Of a DNA stretch of 15,996 nucleotides, positions 1-7,665 are shown piece by piece; within the stretch, counting starts at the first letter, position 1; the number at the start of each line of letters is the position of its first letter. The DNA lies in NCBI GenBank assembly GCA_051117555.1, contig JBNPEG010000250.1:1-15996 (forward strand), written 5' to 3'. The translations under genes were made by a program, and so were the position numbers. This DNA comes from Elainellaceae cyanobacterium. GTDB lineage: Bacteria; Cyanobacteriota; Cyanobacteriia; CAZCXK01. The notes under the pieces are model-generated. The model saw only the letters and a program-made list of their open reading frames with translations. It was not told the origin of the DNA and made no database searches.

Positions 1-190
1 GTTTGCAGCTTGTTTTATTCGCATAACTCTTACCTATTCTGGATTGCGGCTTTTTCTCATCGTTTTCTCAGGAAAATGTGCATTCTCAATATTTTGCAAC
101 GCTATTTTCCCTATTAGTCTGGTGTGCAACTACTTAACATGATTTGAATCAGTTATTAGAGTCAATTCCTGACAGTTTATGAATTGAAAG

Positions 191-199
191 TGCTAGAAT
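191..199 (+). promoter_or_regulatory. Putative extended -10 promoter element (TG-C-TAGAAT) for the peptide precursor gene
   Basis: TGCTAGAAT matches TGnTAnnnT in an AT-rich intergenic region about 130 bp upstream of the ATG at 329. It is flanked by the inverted repeat GAATTGAA (181-188)/TTCAATTC (210-217). Confidence 0.35.
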
Positions 200-234
200 T
201 CACTTGAAATTCAATTCCATTCTCTTAGGTCCAA

Positions 235-283
235 AATTCGTAGCTAAGAGTTTTCATAGTCAAGGATTTTCATAGCTACGAAT
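235..283. repeat. Three imperfect 16-bp tandem repeats overlapping a perfect 11-bp inverted repeat
   Basis: Tandem units AATTCGTAGCTAAGAG (235-250), TTTTCATAGTCAAGGA (251-266) and TTTTCATAGCTACGAA (267-282). ATTCGTAGCTA (236-246) is the exact reverse complement of TAGCTACGAAT (273-283). Confidence 0.75.
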
Positions 284-328
284 CTGAGAATGTGTTTTGG
301 TAATGTGTCATTGAAACGAGGAAAAATC

Positions 329-556
329 ATGAGCCAAGAACCTAACACAAAGCCCGAAATGGATAATGATCAGCTTTCAGATGAGCAACTTCAAGACGTT
401 GCTGGAGGTCTTTCCGATCGCCAGCGTGATGAGTTACTCAGCGGTCAAGGGAATCAGCTCTCTGATCGCCAGCGTGATGAGTTTCTCGGCGGTCAAGGTA
501 ATCAGCTCTCTGATAACCAGCGCGATGAATTCTTAGGCGGTCAAGGTAATCAATAG
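329..556 (+). CDS. Double-glycine leader peptide precursor with three tandem 16-aa repeats (putative RiPP/bacteriocin-like, 75 aa)
   Basis: GAGG RBS at 318-321 and ATG at 329. The leader ends QLSDEQLQDVAGG, matching the ELSxxELxxVxGG type. It is followed by LSDRQRDELLSGQGNQ / LSDRQRDEFLGGQGNQ / LSDNQRDEFLGGQGNQ, then TAG. Confidence 0.8.
   Translation: MSQEPNTKPEMDNDQLSDEQLQDVAGGLSDRQRDELLSGQGNQLSDRQRDEFLGGQGNQLSDNQRDEFLGGQGNQ
410..553 (+). repeat. 3 x 48-bp in-frame tandem repeat
   Basis: Units 410-457, 458-505 and 506-553. By codon comparison, units 1 and 2 differ at 3 synonymous and 2 non-synonymous codons; units 2 and 3 differ at 5 synonymous and 1 non-synonymous codon. Confidence 0.95.
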
Positions 557-855
557 AACCATCGACACGATAGAGATGATGCTCTAATCAAGCTGTTTGA
601 ATCGGTTTGTTTGCGTGGGGATAAAGGAAGCGTTGTACTGTGCGTCCATGCCAATCACGATTCAATTAGCTGGCAGCATGTCTTTTGCTTTAAGGGTCAG
701 AATGTACAGGGCTAGTTTTTATGCTATCTCTGCGAGATTCTGGCTCTATTTTTTTGTCCAATTTTGTGCTATGGCAACCGCCACTGTTCGGTGTAGCGAT
801 CGCCATGACGCGCTCAGCATCCTAACGCGAGAGCGTAAGGTTATACAGTAGAGGG

Positions 856-1701
856 ATGAACGAATCAATCGCTCCGTGGCTAGCATTGATGATTGGCAAT
901 TCTCGCCTCCACTGGGCAGCGTTTCAGCACTCTCGCCTGGTTCACCTGTGGGATACGCCTCATCTCGATTCAGGGGCGATCGCGTCGTTCTCATCCGAGT
1001 CCACTCCTCTACATGTCCCGGATGTGGTAGAGGCAATGCCCTCTCCCCATTCAGCGAAATCTGCCGACTCACTTCCTATTTGGATTGCGTCTGTTGTACC
1101 TCACCAGCTTGCCCACTGGCAGTCCTACCCCAGCGCCCACCAAATCACGTTGGATCAGATTCCAATTCAAGGGAAATATGCCACCCTGGGTATCGATCGC
1201 GCGTTGGCAGTTTGGGGCGGGCGTCGTCTCTGGGGTGCGCCCGTCCTAGTCATCGACGCGGGTACGGCGCTAACCTTCACCGGGCTTGATGATCATATTC
1301 AACTTGTGGGTGGGGCCATTCTCCCCGGATTGGGGATACAGGGGCGATCGCTGCATCAATTTACGGCAAAACTTCCCCACGTCGACTTTCAGCATCGGTT
1401 TCCCATGCCCAAACGTTGGGCACGAGAAACCTCCGACGCCATTCGGAGCGGTATTTTGTATAGCGTTTTAGCTGGCATTCGAGATTTTATCGACGACTGG
1501 TGGAATCAGTTTCCCGATAGTGCCGTTGTGCTGACTGGAGGAGACGCATCAACACTAATCCGGTATCTTCATGACACCTCGCCTCAGTTTGCTGAACGAA
1601 TTCATCTGGAACCCCATCTCATTTTTTATGGCATTCAGGCAGTTCGAGCTAAATTTCGACAAAATCCGGACAATCAGACCATTCACCAACACCACAATTA
1701 G
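856..1701 (+). CDS. coaX: Type III pantothenate kinase
   Basis: Motifs LMIGNSRLHW, ASVVP, LGIDR, VIDAGTALT, GGAILPG and LTGGD are typical of cyanobacterial CoaX. Confidence 0.92.
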   Translation: MNESIAPWLALMIGNSRLHWAAFQHSRLVHLWDTPHLDSGAIASFSSESTPLHVPDVVEAMPSPHSAKSADSLPIWIASVVPHQLAHWQSYPSAHQITLDQIPIQGKYATLGIDRALAVWGGRRLWGAPVLVIDAGTALTFTGLDDHIQLVGGAILPGLGIQGRSLHQFTAKLPHVDFQHRFPMPKRWARETSDAIRSGILYSVLAGIRDFIDDWWNQFPDSAVVLTGGDASTLIRYLHDTSPQFAERIHLEPHLIFYGIQAVRAKFRQNPDNQTIHQHHN

Positions 1702-2504
1702 CGGCTACAAAACTCTCGAATATAGCCCGCAACGTCGTTGGGCATCTGCTCTAGAACATCACCCTCGCCATCCGAAATGGAATACAGTTTTGCGTTAGGG
1801 GCGATCGCATAGGCTTGAGTCAGGACGGCGCACTCAGACTGATCATGTTCACCTTGCAGAAGCAACATTGGAGTGCGGAGATGTTCAAGCTGATTATCTA
1901 ACAGTTCCTCACGAATTTCAGCCCGGCGTCGTTTAAACAAAAGCCTGCACGCAGTCGGCGATCGCCGCAGTTTTTTACGGTGGGCGATCGCCCGTTGAAT
2001 TGGCACCTGGGCTCCCACTAACCGAGCTAAGGGCAAGAGCGATCGCGCGATCCAATAGATCAAAGGAGGATTTCCGGTCAGCCAGCGAGCCTGTCTCCAG
2101 CGATCGCGCATTTCAGGGGGAGCCACTCCTTCTGGGTGCAACAAAATCAGCCCCTTGACCTGAAGCGGACACCGCAGCGCATAGCTTGCCGCGACCCATC
2201 CCCCAATCGAATGCCCGACTAGATAAACATCACGCAGCTTCAATGCGTCTATGAATTCCGCCAAACATTCGACCTCTAACGCAATCGAATAGTGGCGCTT
2301 CGTCCATTCAGACTCACCAAACCCTAATAAATCTAGAGCAATGCAGTGATAAAACTGACTTAATGATTGAATCACAGGCACCCACTGGCTGCCATCTGTC
2401 CACGTTCCGTGTAAAAAGATTAGGGTGTCACCCTGACCAACCTCGCGCCAGAATATTTGACCATGCGACAAACGAATTCGAGAATTGCGAATCGGTAGAG
2501 TCAT
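1698..2504 (-). CDS. Alpha/beta fold hydrolase
   Basis: FLHG oxyanion motif, DLLGFGES, nucleophile elbow GHSIGG and LLLQGEHD. Its stop overlaps the convergent coaX stop by 4 bp. Confidence 0.9.
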   Translation of the reverse strand: MTLPIRNSRIRLSHGQIFWREVGQGDTLIFLHGTWTDGSQWVPVIQSLSQFYHCIALDLLGFGESEWTKRHYSIALEVECLAEFIDALKLRDVYLVGHSIGGWVAASYALRCPLQVKGLILLHPEGVAPPEMRDRWRQARWLTGNPPLIYWIARSLLPLARLVGAQVPIQRAIAHRKKLRRSPTACRLLFKRRRAEIREELLDNQLEHLRTPMLLLQGEHDQSECAVLTQAYAIAPNAKLYSISDGEGDVLEQMPNDVAGYIREFCSR

Positions 2505-2519
2505 CCTAGTGGGTAACTA

Positions 2520-2987
2520 TTATGCGAGGATTGTAGTGCCATCTAAGTAACCTTGAAGCTGCTGATCGTGATCGTGGGAGAGTTTGCCGTGCGGAATCTC
2601 TGACGGTAGGAATGCCTGCACATCCGAGATCTCCAGCGTATCTTGAACCTGCATTGTACCGTGAACCTCCGCTTCAACGACGACACAAATTGAGTGGAAC
2701 CGGGGATCACGATCTGGAGCCGAATACACGCCAACTAAACGCCCCATCTTCAGCAGTTCTAGTCCGGTTTCTTCAGCAAGCTCCCGCCGAATTGAGGAGG
2801 GGATATCTTCTCCCCAATCCACCATGCCGCCCGGAAAAGCCCATCGCCCTGTGTCTCGCCGACGAATTAAGACAATTCGCCCATCTGGAAGAACGGGAAT
2901 GATGCTGGTTCCGGTAATTGGGTGACGAAAAATCAGGCCGATTGCAGCCTGGGTAAATCGCCACACTTGTCGCAGAAACTGTGACAT
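2520..2987 (-). CDS. NUDIX hydrolase (ADP-ribose pyrophosphatase-like)
   Basis: Nudix box GGMVDWGEDIPSSIRRELAEETGL and downstream YSAPDRDPR. It lies 15 bp upstream of the hydrolase, so the two are likely co-transcribed. Confidence 0.93.
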   Translation of the reverse strand: MSQFLRQVWRFTQAAIGLIFRHPITGTSIIPVLPDGRIVLIRRRDTGRWAFPGGMVDWGEDIPSSIRRELAEETGLELLKMGRLVGVYSAPDRDPRFHSICVVVEAEVHGTMQVQDTLEISDVQAFLPSEIPHGKLSHDHDQQLQGYLDGTTILA

Positions 2988-3258
2988 TATGCCGATTGGG
3001 GATAGAAAACTAGTGAGAACAATTCAAAACCCGTTTATTCGCCCACAGTAATGTTAAATCCCCCAAAATGCCAAGCTTCGAGGGCGCAGGCAGAAGGATT
3101 TGGCTTGGGAAAGCGACCGTTCGGTGGCATGATATTGAATTAGAGTGGCTTAATCCTGACTGGCATACGCCGCCATAACAGGGCAATAACCCGGTTTATA
3201 GCTTTGTTGATGCCGGAAATGTTAATCCGACGGTGGGCGGTTTAAGGCTGCGCGAAGC

Positions 3259-3290
3259 TCAGTTTTGGGTACGTTCAGTTTTGGGTACGT
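3259..3290. repeat. Perfect 16-bp tandem duplication upstream of psbV
   Basis: TCAGTTTTGGGTACGT at 3259-3274 and 3275-3290, followed by a partial TTTAGTTT. Confidence 0.9.
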
Positions 3291-3461
3291 TTTAGTTTAC
3301 CTAAATTATCTAAACCAAATTGTTTGGGATGGTTGAGGCGTCAATGTCAACTCGTCATGCTCTGCCAAATGTCCTTTGGATATAAACCATCTAGAGCGCT
3401 GGGGGATTAAGCCTGGTTGTGTCGAACTCCTATCACTAAGCCTCACTTTTTAGGAAGAACC

Positions 3462-3953
3462 ATGCTTAAAAGGTACATTTCATTGATTTTGTTTACTCTG
3501 GTCTTGGCGTTCCAGCTATTTGTGGATGGGGCGATCGCCCTTGAGCTAGACCAAGAAACCCGCACATTACCACTGAACGAAAACGGCGACCCCTATGTTC
3601 TCAGCATCGAGCAGGTCGCATTGGGCAAGCGTCAGTTTAATTATGCGTGTGCTCAATGTCACGTTGGAGGCGGAACCCGCACCAATCCCAACATTGACCT
3701 GAGTTCGGAGGCTCTTAAAGGTGCCAACCCTCCACGAGATACCATCGAATCACTGGTCGATTATATGAAAAATCCAACGACCTACGATGGATTTCAGTCG
3801 ATTGCCGAGGTACACCCAGCGACAAGCAGTTCAGATGTATTTCCCAAAATGCGAAATCTCACTGAAGAGGATTTAGTGGCGATCGCAGGGTTTATTCTCT
3901 TACAGCCCAAAGTCAGACCTGAAAATTGGGCGGGTGGCAAAGCGAATAACTAA
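3462..3953 (+). CDS. psbV: Photosystem II cytochrome c-550
   Basis: AGGAAG RBS then ATG at 3462. Signal peptide, heme motif CAQCH, LVDYMKNPTTYDG, and HP..SSDVFPKMRNLTEEDL carrying the second axial His. Confidence 0.95.
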   Translation: MLKRYISLILFTLVLAFQLFVDGAIALELDQETRTLPLNENGDPYVLSIEQVALGKRQFNYACAQCHVGGGTRTNPNIDLSSEALKGANPPRDTIESLVDYMKNPTTYDGFQSIAEVHPATSSSDVFPKMRNLTEEDLVAIAGFILLQPKVRPENWAGGKANN

Positions 3954-4017
3954 TTGCAACGCGTGGTCGGTGCTTAAATTGCTTGATGCGACCACTTACT
4001 GTGATTGTTGTTCTCAT

Positions 4018-4046
4018 GAAAAGGGGCAGCAGTTCTGCCTCTTTTC
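4018..4046 (+). terminator. Stem-loop between psbV and psbV2 (terminator or transcript stabiliser)
   Basis: GAAAAGGGGCAG-CAGTT-CTGCCTCTTTTC forms a 12-bp stem with one G-U pair and has a T-rich 3' side. Confidence 0.6.
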
Positions 4047-4115
4047 TCATTTGCCTCCTCTGTTCGTTGCCTCGTCTATTCTGTGAAGTTCGTGTTGCTT
4101 ACATTTGCAAACGTC

Positions 4116-4619
4116 ATGCGTTCAACCTTGGAACGATCTCTCACCCGATGGGTTTTCACGACTGCTCTCGTATGTTGCCTCATTCTCATCGGGTTTAACA
4201 CACCTGCATGGGCAAGCCCAGACGCCTATGTCGACAAATATCTCGATGCAGCCGAGCCTGTCGCACTAAACTTCAATCAGCAGGGTGACTCCCGGCTCTT
4301 TAGCGCGGATGACTTGTCAGAAGGGAAGCAACTCTTTGAAGAAAACTGCATCAACTGTCATGTCGGTGGCTCAACACTTCCCGATCCGACGGTGTCTCTC
4401 TCGCTCGATGCGCTCCATGGTGCAAGTCCGCCCCGCGATAACATTAGTAATTTAGTGCAATATCTCCGACTACCGATGACCTATGACGGGAGCGAAGAAA
4501 CCTACTGGTGCCGCCAAGTGCCTGAAAGCTGGATGTCAGACTCGGAAGTAGAAAATCTGTCTGCCTTTATTTTGAGGGCCGCCCAAAAAGCACCGGGATG
4601 GGGAACCAGCAAGTTTTGA
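4116..4619 (+). CDS. psbV2: Cytochrome c-550-like protein PsbV2
   Basis: Signal peptide, CINCH heme motif, PMTYDGSEETYWCRQVPESWM with the candidate axial Cys, and C-terminal APGWG. Sits directly downstream of psbV. ATG 4116 is preferred; GTG 4083 is an alternative start. Confidence 0.9.
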   Translation: MRSTLERSLTRWVFTTALVCCLILIGFNTPAWASPDAYVDKYLDAAEPVALNFNQQGDSRLFSADDLSEGKQLFEENCINCHVGGSTLPDPTVSLSLDALHGASPPRDNISNLVQYLRLPMTYDGSEETYWCRQVPESWMSDSEVENLSAFILRAAQKAPGWGTSKF

Positions 4620-4656
4620 TTCGTTTCGAAGCGCATGAAAAGCTTAAGAATTGTAA

Positions 4657-4684
4657 TAGAATCTTACTTGATTGACCGATTCAA
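4657..4684 (+). promoter_or_regulatory. Possible -10 (TAGAAT) and TTGA-N5-TCAA palindrome upstream of petE
   Basis: TAGAAT at 4657-4662 and TTGA-CCGAT-TCAA at 4672-4684, 20 bp before the petE ATG. Both motifs are short, so support is weak. Confidence 0.2.
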
Positions 4685-4704
4685 CTAATTTTCCAGGGAT
4701 AACT

Positions 4705-5100
4705 ATGAGACTAATAGCTTCAATTTCACGCCGTTTAGGTGTCGTACTCTGTACACTTGCGGTTATAGTGGGTACTTTTCTACTCACAGCTTCACCCGCA
4801 TCCGCTGAAACCTTTACCGTCAAAATGGGTGCCGATAGCGGGCAACTCGCGTTTGTGCCCTCTGACCTGACCGTCAAGCAGGGTGATACAGTCAAGTGGG
4901 TCAACAATAAATTTCCTCCCCACAATGTCATCTTCGAGGGCAGTGGTGCAATCAGTTCAAAATCTCACGATCAGCTAATGTTCGCTCCTGGCGATACCTA
5001 TGAAGTGTCTTTTTCCGATGTAGAACCCGGTACATATACTTACTATTGTGCTCCTCATCGGGGCGCAGGCATGACCGGTAAGATCACGGTTGAAAGCTGA
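4705..5100 (+). CDS. petE: Plastocyanin
   Basis: Signal peptide ending [20 protein letters not shown], and type-1 Cu ligands in PHNV and [11 protein letters not shown]. Confidence 0.97.
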   Translation: MRLIASISRRLGVVLCTLAVIVGTFLLTASPASAETFTVKMGADSGQLAFVPSDLTVKQGDTVKWVNNKFPPHNVIFEGSGAISSKSHDQLMFAPGDTYEVSFSDVEPGTYTYYCAPHRGAGMTGKITVES

Positions 5101-5156
5101 TAATCGTGGATTAATCGTTGATTCAACCGATCGTATTGCTGCGATCGCAACACTCT

Positions 5157-5223
5157 CAGGAATCATGTCGTGAACCTGGAGCTACCAGGTTGATGGGATG
5201 ATCGGTTTGCGGGATGATTCCTG
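5157..5223 (+). other. Nested inverted repeat / long RNA hairpin between petE and pnp
   Basis: CAGGAATCAT (5157-5166) pairs perfectly with ATGATTCCTG (5214-5223). Inner stem AACCTGG (5173-5179)/CCAGGTT (5185-5191). Confidence 0.6.
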
Positions 5224-5389
5224 GTTATTGCTTTAGAAGAGTTCTCTATTAATACAAGTATTGATTGATGGTTTTAAGTAACGTCTTGCCACTTTCTCTT
5301 AAGAGAAGCTTCCTATTACGGCAACATCAGTACATCGGTGCTACGATTTCGACAGAAGAGAAATAAGATGAAAAAGGACAAATCGCTTC

Positions 5390-7540
5390 ATGATAGAGGA
5401 AGTAGAGAAGTCAATATCAGTCGATGGACGAGATATTCGACTCAGGCTAGGTTTACTGGCCCCTCAAGCCGGGGGGGCATTACTCATTGAATCGGAAGAC
5501 ACCTCCGTTTTAGTGACCGCTACCCGCTCACAAGGTCGTGAGGGAATCGATTTCTTACCGCTACTGGTCGATTATGAAGAACGGCTGTACGCAGCGGGAC
5601 GAATCCCAGGCGGATATTTGCGACGGGAAGGGCGTCCTCCCGAGAAGGCAACGTTGACGAGCCGTTTGATTGACCGTCCGATGCGGCCTTTGTTTCCCCA
5701 GTGGCTTCGGGATGACATTCAGATTGTGGCGACGACTCTCTCGATGGATGAGCGCGTTCCTCCCGATATTTTGGCTGTAACCGGAGCATCCGTCGCGACA
5801 CTGTTAGCTCAAATTCCGTTTAATGGGCCGATGGCGGCGGTGCGAGTCGGTTTGATCGGAGACGATTTTATTATTAATCCGACATACACCGAAATTGAGA
5901 CGGGAGACTTAGATCTGGTCATCGCGGGATCGCCTGAGGGAGTGATCATGGTTGAAGCCGGAGCCAATCAGCTTCCCGAGCAAGATATCATCGATGCGAT
6001 CGACTTCGGCTATGAGGTGGTTCGTGATTTAATTCAGGCTCAGCTTGATCTCGTCAAAGAACTGGGCCTCGAAATTGTCAAAGAGCCCGAGCCGGAGACA
6101 AACACAACTGTCCAGGAATTTATTAGCGAACACGCGACAGACGACATCAAGCAGGTTCTGACTCGGTTTGATGTAGATAAGCATGGTCGTGATGATGCTC
6201 TCGATGAGATTAAAGAGAGAGTGAATGCGGTGATTGCTGAGCGTCCTGACGATGACCCTATTCAGATGGCGATCGCCGAAGATCCCAAAATCATTGGGAA
6301 ATACTTTAAGTCGCTGACTAAGCAGCTCATGCGCCGACAAATTGTTGAAGATGGCGTGCGGGTCGATGGTCGCAAGCTAGACGAAGTGCGACCGATTAAG
6401 TGTCGTACTGGAGTGCTCTCGAAACGAGTCCATGGTTCAGGAGTGTTCCAGCGAGGGCTGACTCAGGTCATGTCAGTCGTGACGCTTGGGACCCCCGGAG
6501 ATGCACAGGCCATGGATGATCTGCACCCCGATGAATCGAAGCGATATCTGCATCACTACAACTTCCCGCCCTATTCGGTCGGTGAAACCAAACCGATGCG
6601 ATCGCCCGGTCGTCGTGAGATTGGGCATGGCGCGCTTGCAGAACGAGCCATTGTGCCCGTTCTCCCGTCTCAGACGGATTTTCCCTACGTGCTCCGGGTG
6701 GTGTCAGAGGTGCTTTCGTCTAACGGTTCGACCTCAATGGGTTCGGTATGCGGTTCGACCCTAGCTCTCATGGATGCGGGCGTTCCCATCTCGAAACCTG
6801 TTAGCGGTGCCGCTATGGGGTTAATCAAAGAAGGGGATGAAGTTCGCATTCTCACTGATATTCAGGGGATCGAAGACTTCTTAGGCGACATGGATTTTAA
6901 GGTCGCAGGCACTGATTCTGGGATCACGGCACTCCAAATGGATATGAAAATCAACGGGCTGCCTATCAAGGTGGTCGCAGACGCGATCAATCAGGCAAAA
7001 CCCGCTCGCATGCATATCCTAGAGAAGATGATGGAGGCGATCGCCAAGCCAAGACCCGAATTGTCTCCGTTTGCGCCCTCTCTGGTCACCATTCAGATTG
7101 ATCCCGATATGATTGGTCTATTGATTGGTCCGGGTGGAAAAACTATTAAGGGAATCACCGAACAGACCGGAGCCAAAGTAGACATCGAAGATACAGGTGT
7201 CGTTACCATTTCTGCCGTTGATGGCGAAAAGGCGAAAAAAGCCCGCGGCATCATCGAGGGAATGACTCGGAAGCTCTCGGCTGGCGAAGTGTATGTGGGG
7301 CGTGTCACCCGCATTATTCCAATTGGCGCATTCGTCGAATTTTTGCCGGGCAAAGAAGGCATGATTCACATCTCTCAGCTTGCGGACTATCGGGTCGGTA
7401 AGGTGGAAGATGAGGTCGCAGTCGGCGATGAGGTGATTGTCAAAGTGAGAGAAATCGACGGGAAAGGTCGTATTAATCTGACTCGATTAAACATTCATCC
7501 CGATGAGGCAGCGGCAGCGCGCGAGGCAGGGGTGGTGTAG
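5390..7540 (+). CDS. pnp: Polyribonucleotide nucleotidyltransferase (PNPase)
   Basis: [49 protein letters not shown] domain (IGPGGKTIK) and S1 domain ([19 protein letters not shown]). Confidence 0.98.
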   Translation: MIEEVEKSISVDGRDIRLRLGLLAPQAGGALLIESEDTSVLVTATRSQGREGIDFLPLLVDYEERLYAAGRIPGGYLRREGRPPEKATLTSRLIDRPMRPLFPQWLRDDIQIVATTLSMDERVPPDILAVTGASVATLLAQIPFNGPMAAVRVGLIGDDFIINPTYTEIETGDLDLVIAGSPEGVIMVEAGANQLPEQDIIDAIDFGYEVVRDLIQAQLDLVKELGLEIVKEPEPETNTTVQEFISEHATDDIKQVLTRFDVDKHGRDDALDEIKERVNAVIAERPDDDPIQMAIAEDPKIIGKYFKSLTKQLMRRQIVEDGVRVDGRKLDEVRPIKCRTGVLSKRVHGSGVFQRGLTQVMSVVTLGTPGDAQAMDDLHPDESKRYLHHYNFPPYSVGETKPMRSPGRREIGHGALAERAIVPVLPSQTDFPYVLRVVSEVLSSNGSTSMGSVCGSTLALMDAGVPISKPVSGAAMGLIKEGDEVRILTDIQGIEDFLGDMDFKVAGTDSGITALQMDMKINGLPIKVVADAINQAKPARMHILEKMMEAIAKPRPELSPFAPSLVTIQIDPDMIGLLIGPGGKTIKGITEQTGAKVDIEDTGVVTISAVDGEKAKKARGIIEGMTRKLSAGEVYVGRVTRIIPIGAFVEFLPGKEGMIHISQLADYRVGKVEDEVAVGDEVIVKVREIDGKGRINLTRLNIHPDEAAAAREAGVV

Positions 7541-7597
7541 CACGTCAACAGTCACATTCACTCACAAATACCGCTTCATTAAACGATGAAGTAGCTA

Positions 7598-7650
7598 CTG
7601 AGGGAAACGGATGGGTTCTATAGCACCCATACTGTGCCCTCAGAAATTTT
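7598..7650. terminator. Hairpin between convergent pnp and the SGNH-like gene (probable terminator)
   Basis: CTGAGGG (7598-7604)/CCCTCAG (7637-7643) with inner ATGGGT/ACCCAT, followed by AAATTTTTT. A small extra hairpin CTTCAT/ATGAAG lies at 7574-7591. Confidence 0.6.
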
Positions 7651-7665
7651 TTGGAGACTAACGTT

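Noticed and set aside
290..328. Upstream ATG (290) as the start of the precursor
   Set aside because: ATG 329 has a GAGG RBS at suitable spacing and gives a typical leader length.
410..553. CRISPR-like or non-coding tandem repeat
   Set aside because: The units are contiguous, 48 bp, in frame and differ mostly at synonymous positions, so this is a coding repeat.
835..846. NtcA site upstream of coaX
   Set aside because: GTA-N6-TAC rather than the required GTA-N8-TAC. I also found no canonical site upstream of ureD.
597..851. 84-aa ORF between the precursor and coaX as a possible immunity or partner gene
   Set aside because: TTG start, no clear RBS and no recognisable motif. It cannot be supported, though it is not strictly excluded.
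3150..3245. Riboswitch-like structure upstream of psbV
   Set aside because: Only short stems (CCGCC/GGCGG, GGG/CCC) with no match to an aptamer consensus I recognise.
235..5218. Recurring 16-bp periodicity in three intergenic regions (235-282, 3259-3290, 5195-5218) as one repeat family
   Set aside because: The unit sequences are unrelated to each other, so the shared period is probably coincidence.
5520..7369. Antisense and alternate-frame ORFs within pnp, and similar shadow ORFs in other genes
   Set aside because: They overlap well-supported genes completely and have no recognisable motifs.
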